From assembly GCA_021836035.1 (NCBI GenBank), contig JAKBJL010000001.1:223765-287764 (forward strand): a DNA stretch of 64,000 nt, given 5' to 3'. The notes beneath the pieces were generated by a model. It did no database searches and was not told the DNA's origin. It saw nothing but the letters and a program-made list of their open reading frames with translations. Shown in pieces: positions 47,228-56,606 of the stretch; position 1 is the first letter of the stretch; each line of letters begins with the position of its first letter. The translations under genes and the position numbers were made by a program. Origin of the DNA: a bacterium. GTDB taxonomy: Bacteria > Patescibacteriota > Microgenomatia > JAMCZE01.

Positions 47228-47914
47228 ATGGAAAGAAAACGCTTATTAATAACACTGCTGGTTTTAACGGTAGCCGCCGGAGGAGCAGTCTACTTATTAA
47301 AAGCCCTCAGATCTGACAATTATTCCCAGAACAGCATGTCTAATAATGTAAGCCGGATTTCTCCGGCTCCTTCCGCCGCGCCTTCGGCCGCATATTACTA
47401 TCCGATTTCAGATTACACCGGCCGTTTGAAAATTCGCTGGTACGGGAAATATTTAACAGCGGAAAATATTTCCGAGGTTCCCTGCGGCAGGGTGTTCATC
47501 GGTTACCATACCGGTGACGATTTGGAGACGACACCGGCGGAAGCCAACCGGCAAATTCCCGTTTATTCCATAGGTAACGGGAAGATTTTGCAGGTGGGGC
47601 ATGTTGACGGTTACGGCGGATTAATTGTCGGGGAATATAATCTGGCCGGGGAGCAGACTACGGTTTATTATGGACATATAAATTTGCGAAGCGCCCTGGT
47701 AAGACCCGGAGATTTGGTTAGCCCCGGGCAAAAGCTTGCGGATTTAGGTGCCGCCTGTTCCGCGCAGACCGACGGCGAAAGAAAGCACCTGCATTTTGCG
47801 ATTCATAAAGGTCCGGGAATTGATGTCCGCGGTTATGTCCCGACTGCCGGGGAATTATCTTCCTGGCTAAACCCCTCCGCAGAATTAAAAACTCTGGATG
47901 CTGTTAAAGATTAA
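47228..47914 (+). CDS. M23-family metallopeptidase
   Basis: HxxxD (YHTGDD) and HxH (HLHFAIH) motifs. N-terminal TM. Confidence 0.65.
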   Translation: MERKRLLITLLVLTVAAGGAVYLLKALRSDNYSQNSMSNNVSRISPAPSAAPSAAYYYPISDYTGRLKIRWYGKYLTAENISEVPCGRVFIGYHTGDDLETTPAEANRQIPVYSIGNGKILQVGHVDGYGGLIVGEYNLAGEQTTVYYGHINLRSALVRPGDLVSPGQKLADLGAACSAQTDGERKHLHFAIHKGPGIDVRGYVPTAGELSSWLNPSAELKTLDAVKD

Positions 47915-47989
47915 ACGCGAATAGACTCTTGTGAAGCTTCAAAAAAATCGGGGGTGACTTAACGTGAAGGTCGATTTAGCATTTATTTC

Positions 47990-48479
47990 CTATTGCCTTT
48001 GTTGACCGAGCTTTATGCCGGTACGCTCAGTATATTTTTCCGGGGTTTCACCCCAAAGTGGTTCTTCGCCGCCGACCAGCTCCCAGTAGCGCTGGTATTT
48101 TTTCGCCGCTTCATGCTTATTATCCCTTTTAAAATATCTCTTTTCGTTTATTTCTCTTGAGGCCCCCGATAGGGTCTCGGGTTCCGTTGGATTTTTAGAG
48201 TAATTAGTATCTGTTTTATGTAACGTAAAGAGGTTCCAAACACCCGAAATTTTTCTTCTTAAACTCGGTTTTTCCGTTCCCTTATCGCAGACGACAAAAT
48301 AATATTTTGCCGCCGAAATATTGGGCGCGCACCAGGGGGCAATCGACGATACGGACAGTACCGCCTAACCGGGCAATATCACCGACCTTGAATTGGCAAT
48401 CTGTGCACTTGACCAGGGGGAGTGCTGCCGGTATTTCCGGGGTTTTTATCCTAAATTCCGGGCAGCAAGCGCAATTCAT
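47990..48479 (-). pseudogene. possible frameshifted Cys-rich gene
   Basis: A 65-aa ORF MNCACCPEF... ends at a stop. An adjacent ~115-codon stop-free reading with no start codon continues in a different frame downstream (...KRDNKHEAAKKYQRYWELVGGEEPLWGETPEKYTERTG). Confidence 0.25.
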
Positions 48480-48947
48480 CCGAAGGGAAAATGTTTGCCA
48501 AGTACTTTACCACGAAGATGTCTTTTAGAAAAAGAAGACTTCTTTTCTGGTCTATTTACCCAAATACCCGATTAACCCGTTGGGTAGAACCCCCCTGATG
48601 TTCTATAGGCTATGTCGCTGGAAGATTAAAAATAATCGGGCGACACGGTTTTACGATCCAGAAGAGGAAACGCTTGCTATTTAAAAAAGGCGGAAAGTGC
48701 GGCTGCTGTGGAAAATATTACTAATGGGCGCTTCAATCCTCAGCGCGTAGATTATACTCACGGCGACGATCTGCACATAATTGGTGCCATGGCTTAATAA
48801 CCCAGTATGGTAAAGACGGGGAAACGGGGTAAAGGAAAGCGTCTTGAGTCGGGCAAGAAAGAAACTATCCCCGTTTATATTCCTGAGGAAAAGTTTTCAT
48901 TTTACGACCCAGAACAGTCCCGCCTTAAATATAAAAAGCCTACCTCT

Positions 48948-49151
48948 TTATTTTTCCCAAGCCTTTCGGGAAACTGAGGCTTCGGCGGGGGTTAAAATCT
49001 TTATGATTATTCCCATTTGCACCAACACGGAATCGCCGATCTCCACCTTTTCGTCGGTGATAAGCGCCGGATTAACAATATTTCCCGGGTAGCGGACGCG
49101 GGCTCGGCCGTTTTTGATTCCGATAACTTTTCCGGGTATGGCGAGGCACAT
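48948..49151 (-). CDS. hypC: [NiFe]-hydrogenase maturation factor HypC
   Basis: N-terminal MCLAIPGKV hallmark and ~70 aa size. Confidence 0.8.
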   Translation of the reverse strand: MCLAIPGKVIGIKNGRARVRYPGNIVNPALITDEKVEIGDSVLVQMGIIIKILTPAEASVSRKAWEK

Positions 49152-49177
49152 ATTGCGTTATAATAGTATACCAGACT

Positions 49178-49696
49178 ATGCCCAACCTGCCCGGATTCCC
49201 ATCCCGAACCGTTCCCCACAAGCTGGTGGTCGGCTGGTTCTCCTTTACCTGCTGCGAAGACAGCACCATTCTTTTCACCGAACTTTTAAATGAGCATTAT
49301 GACGAATGGAAAAAAATAATTGAATTCCGCAGCGCTAAAGTCCTCAAAAGCAAAAACGATATGACGGGCTTGGATGTCGCTTTTATTGAAGGAGCGATTT
49401 CTTCGGAAAAACAAGCCGCGGAAGTAAAAAAAATCCGGGAAAATTCCCGTTACGTAGTTGCCATCGGCTCCTGCGCCTGTACCGGTAAACCTTCGGCCGC
49501 GCGTAACGATTTTGTGGGGCCGGAACTGAACGAGAAGATCCGTTGGTATCTTTCGAATTTTAATTATAACCAGAAAGTGCAAAAGCTGGATGAAGTCATT
49601 AAGGTGGATGACCAGGTAAACGGTTGCCCGATGAATACGGAAATATTTCTTCTTACCCTGCAAAAATATCTCAAACTTTTTAATATTAACGAATAA
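49178..49696 (+). CDS. [NiFe]-hydrogenase small subunit (group 3-type, short)
   Basis: NuoB/hydrogenase small-subunit Cys pattern FTCCED...GSCACTG. Confidence 0.75.
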   Translation: MPNLPGFPSRTVPHKLVVGWFSFTCCEDSTILFTELLNEHYDEWKKIIEFRSAKVLKSKNDMTGLDVAFIEGAISSEKQAAEVKKIRENSRYVVAIGSCACTGKPSAARNDFVGPELNEKIRWYLSNFNYNQKVQKLDEVIKVDDQVNGCPMNTEIFLLTLQKYLKLFNINE

Positions 49697-49701
49697 AATT
49701 T

Positions 49702-51003
49702 ATGCACTCCGGGAATTTAGATATTGAAGGCATAACTAAAATTGAGGGCGCGGCGGGACTTAAAGTAACGGTTGCTGACGATAAAGTCACCGATTTGAAA
49801 TTTATCATCGCCGATTACCGGCGCTTTTATACCGAAGCGGTTAAGGGGAAGTCTTTAAACGCGATTCCCCCCTTTCTTTCGCGGATTTGCGGAACCTGTT
49901 CGATAGCTCACCTTTTTGCTTCCATCGAGGCGATCGAGCGTTCCCAGGACACTCCCGTTTCCGAACAAACCATGCTTTTACGGCGCCTGGTTTATGACAG
50001 TTTTATGATCCGTGACCATGCACTGCATCTTTATTTCTTTGTTCTCCCTGATGTTTTAGGGCTGGACTCAATTCTCGAGATTCCGGACAATCCTAAAGAT
50101 CTGGGCCATATTTTGCTCCACGATTCTTTCGAAATTAAAAAAGTAGGCACGGATTTAGCAACTGCCATTGCCGGGGCGGCGATACACGCGCCCTATCCGA
50201 CTATCGGCGGCTTTTTGAAATTGCCGGATGACAAGATCTTCCCGGATTTCAGCAGGAAACTGGAGGATCTGCGACCGCGGGTTTTGCGCGCCATTAAATT
50301 TTTTGCCGATTGGAAAGAAGAATTAATCCGCAATTCCGATTATCTTTGTTTGCAGCATCTTAACCGCTATGATTTTATCCAGGGAGAGATCGTTAATTCC
50401 AATGGCAAAAGGGTCGCCGAGGAGGGATTCCGGGATTTCTTGCGGACTGTCGTTATACCTTATTCCCAATCGGAAGGCTACATCTTTTCCGACACCTACG
50501 AGGATTATTTAGTCGGCGCTTTAGCCCGCATGAATCTGAATAAAGCGCGTTTAAATCCCCGGACCGAAAAGGATACCGCGCCGTATTTAAATTTTTTCCC
50601 TTCTAATAATATCTACCATAATAACCTGGCTCAGGCGATCGAAGTTTTACAATGTATCGATGACGCGATCGAAATAATGAAAAATATCCATTTAACTTTC
50701 GAGAGGCCCCCCTTCAAATTGCCAAAAGCCGGGGTTGGCGTCGGGGTTGTCGAGGCGCCGCGGGGGACTTTATATCACAAAATTGAGGTTAATAATGAAG
50801 GCCAGGTCGCCAATTACGATGTTATCGTTCCCACTTCGCAAAATCAAATTAGTATCGGCAATGACCTGAAAAAATATTTTAATGAGAACCTGGACAAAGA
50901 CGAAAATTTATTAAAACACGAGGCGGAAAAAATTATTCGGGCTTACGATCCCTGCATGTCCTGCGCGACCAACTTTCTGAAGATTGACTGGAGCCGCAAA
51001 TAA
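49702..51003 (+). CDS. [NiFe]-hydrogenase large subunit
   Basis: N-terminal RICGTCS (RxCGxC) and C-terminal DPCMSCA (DPCxxC) Ni-Fe ligand motifs. Confidence 0.9.
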   Translation: MHSGNLDIEGITKIEGAAGLKVTVADDKVTDLKFIIADYRRFYTEAVKGKSLNAIPPFLSRICGTCSIAHLFASIEAIERSQDTPVSEQTMLLRRLVYDSFMIRDHALHLYFFVLPDVLGLDSILEIPDNPKDLGHILLHDSFEIKKVGTDLATAIAGAAIHAPYPTIGGFLKLPDDKIFPDFSRKLEDLRPRVLRAIKFFADWKEELIRNSDYLCLQHLNRYDFIQGEIVNSNGKRVAEEGFRDFLRTVVIPYSQSEGYIFSDTYEDYLVGALARMNLNKARLNPRTEKDTAPYLNFFPSNNIYHNNLAQAIEVLQCIDDAIEIMKNIHLTFERPPFKLPKAGVGVGVVEAPRGTLYHKIEVNNEGQVANYDVIVPTSQNQISIGNDLKKYFNENLDKDENLLKHEAEKIIRAYDPCMSCATNFLKIDWSRK

Positions 51004-51341
51004 TTTATTTTTTTCCCCGCCGGCAGGGCGATAACGCGGAAATTTTTCAACTTCCCCAGTTTTTTCAGGTAGTGCAACTGGAAACCCAAATCAAAATCAT
51101 GGACGGTATTGCGGGGGGGAAGCTGGATTTTTTCCAGATCTTCCTGGGTAAACAAAGTAATCCCGCGGATATACAAAGCAGAGTCCATGATAGTGATGTT
51201 TCCTTTGCCCGGAAGAAGGTCGGCATTCGGCGGAATGATCTTGAAGTTTATGCCTGTAATTTTGTTACGTAATTTTACCGCGGCTTTCAGGGCCGGATTA
51301 TCTTCCTTCACGTCCGGATTGCCGAAGATATAAACATCCAC
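50943..51341 (-). CDS. hydrogenase maturation endopeptidase (HycI/HoxW-like)
   Basis: VYIFGNPDVKEDN, IMDSA and a C-terminal HDFDLGFQLHYL resemble HycI GNxxxGDDG / VDA / HNMPL. The 3' end overlaps the large-subunit gene on the opposite strand. Confidence 0.5.
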   Translation of the reverse strand: MDVYIFGNPDVKEDNPALKAAVKLRNKITGINFKIIPPNADLLPGKGNITIMDSALYIRGITLFTQEDLEKIQLPPRNTVHDFDLGFQLHYLKKLGKLKNFRVIALPAGKKINYLRLQSIFRKLVAQDMQGS

Positions 51342-51381
51342 GTGCTTATTTTACAGGATACGGATATTTTGTGGTATTCTA

Positions 51382-52110
51382 GTGCGGATGAATAATCTGG
51401 CCGCCTTACAGTTATCAGCCCGGTTTTCCCTGGCGCCGAATGCTTTGGGTTATTGCGGTAGAAATAGCGCCCAGGAAAAATTTAAAGAATGTATCCGTCT
51501 GGGAGAGTGTTCCGGAATAAAAGAGGAAATTACGAAATTTATCGTTCTTCACCCCTATTTAGAAACACTTGCCGCTATTACTAAGCATGATAAGTATGAT
51601 TATCAGGTAGTAGAAGCCTTTTGGTTGGGGAACAAGTTTCTGGAAAAAGCCCAACCCGAACACTACGGATTGCTCCTGGAAAATTTTAGGAAACAGGGAG
51701 TGCCTGATTGGCTGGTGAAGGATTTAAAGGAGAAAAACCCCCGGAAATTTATTCCTTTTCATCTCTTCCAGGTTCTGCATGTGGGCGTCGGCCGGGCGAG
51801 CGGAGCAGTGCCGTTCAATTTGAAAACCATTAATAATTGCATGATCCGCTGGGGGAGAGTAAAGAAAATAGCACAAAGAGAAAAGAAGATGGACATAAGT
51901 TTAAATTCCTTACGGAAGCGTGGTAAAGGATACTATTTATATATAGAGCAGACAACCGTGAGCTTTGTTCCCGACTTGGTTCAAGTGGCGGTGGGAGATG
52001 TGGCAGCCGTTCACTGGGGCTTGGTGGTCAAGGTGCTTACGGCGCGGGAAGAGGAGCAGCTTGCTTTTTGGACCAAAGAGGTTTTGCAAAGCTTCGCGCC
52101 TGCCGGGTAA
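51382..52110 (+). CDS. hypothetical protein
   Basis: 242-aa intact ORF. Confidence 0.35.
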   Translation: MRMNNLAALQLSARFSLAPNALGYCGRNSAQEKFKECIRLGECSGIKEEITKFIVLHPYLETLAAITKHDKYDYQVVEAFWLGNKFLEKAQPEHYGLLLENFRKQGVPDWLVKDLKEKNPRKFIPFHLFQVLHVGVGRASGAVPFNLKTINNCMIRWGRVKKIAQREKKMDISLNSLRKRGKGYYLYIEQTTVSFVPDLVQVAVGDVAAVHWGLVVKVLTAREEEQLAFWTKEVLQSFAPAG

Positions 52111-52975
52111 TTACCGCTAACCCCAGCACCATCGCCAGAGCCTGAAGAACCATATCCATAGTCCAGAGGTGAGTAACAAAAATTGCCGAGAGCAGATTGG
52201 TAACCAGCGTGGCCGTAACCAGAACCGCGGCGACGGTTGTTGCCGGGGCGTATTTTAAAGCCCGGTACCAGAAGGCAACGTAAAGGGTCAGAGTGCCGAT
52301 GGCCAGCAACAAAAGCAGCCATTGCCCGCTACTTAGCGTAAAAGTCTTTCCCAGTGCCCGGGGATAAAGAAAAAGAGATGCACCAACCAGAATCAACGAG
52401 CCCAATCCCAATCTTACTCCGGTTACAATATCCGGGTCCACGTTTCGCAATGTTTTTTTTGCCAGAATAGTTTCCGCCGCCCAAAGAATGGTGGCCGCGA
52501 GAATCATAAGTTCCCCGTTGCTTAAACGAAACATTTTAAACCCGCCAACCAGCAGATTACCGCCGAAAAGGAGAACTACCGCCAGCAGCATGGTTTTAGT
52601 TAAGCGCTCTTTTAACAGGGGCACAGCGAGAAATGCTACCCAGATAACCAGGGTCTTATGGATTAGCGCCGCGTTAATAGCCGGAACCTGTGAGAGGCCC
52701 GTAAAGTACAGATAAAAAGGAATCGTTCCCCCGACGAGGGCGATAGCTAACAGCTGGTAGATTTCGGTTTTGGTCAGGGCCCGGAGTTTTTGCCATTTGC
52801 CTGCCAGGAGAATAAAAGAAACGATGAGGATCCCGGCACCAACATTTTTTATGGCGGTGAAAAACAGTGGCGGTGTAATTACGCCCACGGCAAATTTATT
52901 CGTAAAATTGGCAACCCCGGAAATCAGAGCGGCCAGAAGAGCGAAATAGAGTCCTTTTTTATAGGCAGATTTCAT
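52037..52975 (-). CDS. EamA/DMT-superfamily transporter
   Basis: 10 TM helices arranged as two repeated 5-TM halves. Confidence 0.7.
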   Translation of the reverse strand: MKSAYKKGLYFALLAALISGVANFTNKFAVGVITPPLFFTAIKNVGAGILIVSFILLAGKWQKLRALTKTEIYQLLAIALVGGTIPFYLYFTGLSQVPAINAALIHKTLVIWVAFLAVPLLKERLTKTMLLAVVLLFGGNLLVGGFKMFRLSNGELMILAATILWAAETILAKKTLRNVDPDIVTGVRLGLGSLILVGASLFLYPRALGKTFTLSSGQWLLLLLAIGTLTLYVAFWYRALKYAPATTVAAVLVTATLVTNLLSAIFVTHLWTMDMVLQALAMVLGLAVITRQARSFAKPLWSKKQAAPLPAP

Positions 52976-53032
52976 TTGTGAGAAGCGTAGTGCGTTTAGC
53001 GCAAAGAATTTCTATACGCTATCCGCTTTCCG

Positions 53033-53311
53033 CTATTGTGGAAACACTTGTTTTCCCGTTTCCGTATCGGTAATCACGATAGCTTTGACGGGGCAGGATT
53101 GGGCGGCAAGAAGAAGATTTTCCGGCGTGTCATTGCCACCGTTTTTAATTACGGCTTTATTTTCCGCATCTAATTCAAAAACCTGCGGGGAAACGGCAAC
53201 GCAGGTCGCCGCGCCGATACAGAGACTGCGGACTACTTTTACCCGGTATTTTCCGACCTGGACAACTTTATTTTCCGTAGGAGTAGTAGTTGCTGCCGGC
53301 TGATCGCTCAT
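53033..53311 (-). CDS. small ferredoxin ([4Fe-4S]/[3Fe-4S], single cluster)
   Basis: CIGAATC...SCP spacing. Confidence 0.55.
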   Translation of the reverse strand: MSDQPAATTTPTENKVVQVGKYRVKVVRSLCIGAATCVAVSPQVFELDAENKAVIKNGGNDTPENLLLAAQSCPVKAIVITDTETGKQVFPQ

Positions 53312-53353
53312 TTATGCTTTACAGTTTAAAGAAAATTTTGTCTCTTTGCAACA

Positions 53354-54205
53354 TTAAGAATATTTTTTCAGCAGTTCGGAAATATCGCGGCGGAGGGGAG
53401 GTTCGTAGACCAGGGGTTTGGGGACAATTTGGGAAATCTGGGATTCAGCGGTCGGGCGGTCTTCCTCATAAAGAATCCCCAGAGGAATTTGTTTGGGACC
53501 CCACTCCCAAGCTTTAGCAAGAGCGGCCATTTTGTCGTGGGGATTATATTTTTCGTCTAAATGGTAGATATTTTCCTGGTAAAACTGATGGGTATATTCT
53601 TTATTAAAAGTAACGCAGGGCTGAAGGATATCGATAATAGCCAGACCTTTGTGGTTGTTAGCTTTAATTATAAGCTGTGACAGCCCGGGAATATCCCCCG
53701 CGTAGCCGCGAGCGGCAAAGGTAGCTCCGGCAGTAATAGCCAGCGCCAGTGGCCGGAAAGGCTCATCGGGATTGCCAAACGGCGTGGATTTGGATTTAAA
53801 ACCGCGGGGGGAAACGGGGGAAGTTTGGCCGGTAGTTAAACCATAAACACCATTGTCGTGTAGCAGAATAGTCAGGTCATGGTTCCTCCGGCAGGAGTGG
53901 ATTAGGTGGTTTCCTCCTTCCCCCAGGCAGTCGCCGTCGCCGGTAATGACAAAAACATTTAAGTCGGTGTTAGCTAGTTTTATGCCGGTGGCCACGGGTA
54001 TTGCCCGCCCGTGCAGCCCCTCAAAGGAAGTAATTTTCGTAAAATTTAACAGATGCCCATGGCAGCCGATGCCGGCAACAAGCGCGGTATTGGCATTGTC
54101 CCAGCCGGCCTGAGTAGCGGCGTTTTTTAACGCCGCCCAAATGGCAAAGTTCCCGCATCCGGGACACCAGGTTGGAAAACAGGAGGTGTTTAAATTTTCA
54201 ACCAT
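53354..54205 (-). CDS. 2-oxoacid:ferredoxin oxidoreductase beta (TPP-binding) subunit
   Basis: CPGCGNF and the TPP motif GDGD. Confidence 0.85.
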   Translation of the reverse strand: MVENLNTSCFPTWCPGCGNFAIWAALKNAATQAGWDNANTALVAGIGCHGHLLNFTKITSFEGLHGRAIPVATGIKLANTDLNVFVITGDGDCLGEGGNHLIHSCRRNHDLTILLHDNGVYGLTTGQTSPVSPRGFKSKSTPFGNPDEPFRPLALAITAGATFAARGYAGDIPGLSQLIIKANNHKGLAIIDILQPCVTFNKEYTHQFYQENIYHLDEKYNPHDKMAALAKAWEWGPKQIPLGILYEEDRPTAESQISQIVPKPLVYEPPLRRDISELLKKYS

Positions 54206-55907
54206 TTTGGACTTTATTTATTATTTCCTCTGGGTATATTGGTCTACCGTCGTATTTTAAAAAATTATCCGTGATTTCTAAACCGGTTTTTTCTCTGATT
54301 AATCCGCCCATCTGGGCAGTAAAATTATTTTCGATATTGATAAGGTGCTTAGCCTTACTTAGTTGTTCTTTGACGGTAGTTGCCGGGAAAGGGCTGGCGG
54401 AAGTGATGTGTAGATAATTAACACCATCCAGAACTTTTAAAGCCTCAAGGATGCTTCCCTTGTTACTGCCCCAGGAAATAATAGTCGTTTCCGCTTCTTT
54501 GGGACCATAAAGAATAGGCGAAAAAAGATCGCGTTTACGGCAGGTTTCCAATTTCTGCATCCGTTTATCCATCTGCTTTCGGCGCATCTCCGCTTCCTCG
54601 GTACTGAATCCGGTTTCATCGTGTTCATCGGAGTTGGCGAGAATAAAAGTATCGTGTCCGGGAATTGCCCGCAGGGAAATGCCGTTTTCCGTTAGGGCAT
54701 AACGCTGATAATTTTCCCTCACTCCTCCGCTAAATTCGCCCCGGTCCAGTTTATAACCGGAAATATCAAAAGGCGGAAAACTTTGATCGTCCTCACAAAT
54801 GTTTTTATCCACCAAAACGACCACCGGTGTTTGGTAGATGTCGGCTAAATTAAAAGCTTCCATAGTAAATCGGAAGGCTTCTTCGGGATCTCCCGGCGCT
54901 AAGATAATTTTAGGAAAATTGCCCTGGTGGGCATGGAGAACAAAACGTAAGTCGCCCTGTTCGCTCCAGGTGGGAAGGCCGGTTGCCGGTCCGGGCCGCA
55001 TTCCTTCGATAATGACCAGCGGCGTTTCCGTCATACCCGCCAAGCCGTAACCTTCCGCCATCAAACAAAAACCGCCGCCGGAGGTTGCGACCAAGGACCG
55101 CGCCCCCGCAAAAGAAGCGCCGATGGCCATATTAATACCGGCGATTTCGTCCTCCGGCTGTTTAAATATGAACCGGTATTTTTGCTGCCAGGGGGTCAGG
55201 TTGTGCATAATGTTGGAAATCGGGGTCATAGGATAAATCGCGGCGAATTGCATACCGGCGGCAATGGCTCCCATAGCGATCGCGTCGTTGCCGTTGACGA
55301 TAATCTGCGGAGCAATTTCGGGACGGGGGGTAAGAATTTGCAGGGCAAATTTCCCAAATTGATCATGGGCAAAGTTAAAACCTTTTTCCGCAGCGGTTTG
55401 ATTTTGGGTAACAACGATCGGTTTTTTGTCCGCAAATTCTTCGGCCAAAAGTTGCTGTAGAATTTCCAGTTTGCCGCCGAGGAGTGCTAAGGCAGCGCCT
55501 AAAGCGACGGTGTTAGTCAGCAGGTCGTTGCCGATTTCCCGGGCGGTTTTTAATAAAGGAACGGGGCAGAGATGAAGGTTCGTCCCCAAGCCTTCGGTGT
55601 TCATACTGCTGCCGGCATCAAAAAGGAGAAAGCCGTTTTCCGGCAATTCTGCCGCGTGTCGTTTTACCGTTTCCTGGTCTAAAGCCACGAGGAAGTTGGT
55701 TTGTTGGGTCGGCGCGGCAACTTTGCCCGCAGCGACAGTAACGCTCATGACATTATGACCGCCGCGGACCAGCGATGGATACTCAGTGTGATTAAAAATG
55801 CCGTAACCCGAGCGGGTGGCGACTTTGGCCAAAATCAGCCCGGCGGATTTAATTCCCTGACCGGCCTGGCCTCCGATTTTAAAAGTAAAAAGTGCGGAAT
55901 GGGACAT
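54198..55907 (-). CDS. 2-oxoacid:ferredoxin oxidoreductase alpha subunit (gamma-alpha fusion)
   Basis: N-terminal gamma-like domain IGGQAGQGIKSAG followed by a POR/KOR alpha domain. It overlaps the beta gene by 8 nt. Confidence 0.85.
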   Translation of the reverse strand: MSHSALFTFKIGGQAGQGIKSAGLILAKVATRSGYGIFNHTEYPSLVRGGHNVMSVTVAAGKVAAPTQQTNFLVALDQETVKRHAAELPENGFLLFDAGSSMNTEGLGTNLHLCPVPLLKTAREIGNDLLTNTVALGAALALLGGKLEILQQLLAEEFADKKPIVVTQNQTAAEKGFNFAHDQFGKFALQILTPRPEIAPQIIVNGNDAIAMGAIAAGMQFAAIYPMTPISNIMHNLTPWQQKYRFIFKQPEDEIAGINMAIGASFAGARSLVATSGGGFCLMAEGYGLAGMTETPLVIIEGMRPGPATGLPTWSEQGDLRFVLHAHQGNFPKIILAPGDPEEAFRFTMEAFNLADIYQTPVVVLVDKNICEDDQSFPPFDISGYKLDRGEFSGGVRENYQRYALTENGISLRAIPGHDTFILANSDEHDETGFSTEEAEMRRKQMDKRMQKLETCRKRDLFSPILYGPKEAETTIISWGSNKGSILEALKVLDGVNYLHITSASPFPATTVKEQLSKAKHLINIENNFTAQMGGLIREKTGLEITDNFLKYDGRPIYPEEIINKVQNG

Positions 55908-55908
55908 A

Positions 55909-56604
55909 TTAGGAATATTTTTCCGTATAAATTCTCTCCGGCGGGCAGCCGAGAGAAGTAAGAATATTGGTTGCCTCTGCCATCATTGCGGATCCCCCAC
56001 AGAGGTAGGCGGAAAAGTCGCCCATTTGCGGAAAATCTTTAAGCAAGAGATCGGTGACATGGCCGGAAGCTCCCTGCCATAAGGTATCCGGTTTGGAAAG
56101 GCAAAGAGTGAAAGTAAAATGGGGATATTGGCGGTTTAAATCGATGAAATGATCTTCCCAAAAGATATCGCTGCTGTAACGCAGGCCGAAATAAAGCTTT
56201 ATCGGGCGGGTAATTTTTTGTTCTTTCAAAGCCGACTCAATCATGCATTTCAGCGGGGCGATGCCGCAGCCGGTACCCAAAAATAACATCCGGAGGGAAC
56301 CGTCGTCGGGGTGCAGGACAAACTTCCCTAAAGGTCCCAAGAAAGAGAGCTGCTCTCCCGGTTTAACAGCTTCCACATATCGCGAACCGGGGCCGCCCGG
56401 AGCGGTATCGATTAAAAGCTCGATATGGGTAGGGTCAATTTTACCGGCGATGGAATAAGAATTAACCTTTTGCGCGGCAACCTTGAGGCAGAGATATTGT
56501 CCGGGAGAAAATTCCAGCGGTTGGGGAAATTCCAGTATAAGATGATGGAATTTGGCCGCAAGTACCCTATTTTCCTTTAGAATCACCGTCTGAAAATCAG
56601 CCAT
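55909..56604 (-). CDS. FNR-like FAD/NAD(P)-binding oxidoreductase (no Fe-S Cys cluster)
   Basis: YSIAGK (RxYS-type) and GTGCGIAPLKCMI. Confidence 0.6.
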   Translation of the reverse strand: MADFQTVILKENRVLAAKFHHLILEFPQPLEFSPGQYLCLKVAAQKVNSYSIAGKIDPTHIELLIDTAPGGPGSRYVEAVKPGEQLSFLGPLGKFVLHPDDGSLRMLFLGTGCGIAPLKCMIESALKEQKITRPIKLYFGLRYSSDIFWEDHFIDLNRQYPHFTFTLCLSKPDTLWQGASGHVTDLLLKDFPQMGDFSAYLCGGSAMMAEATNILTSLGCPPERIYTEKYS

Positions 56605-56606
56605 AG

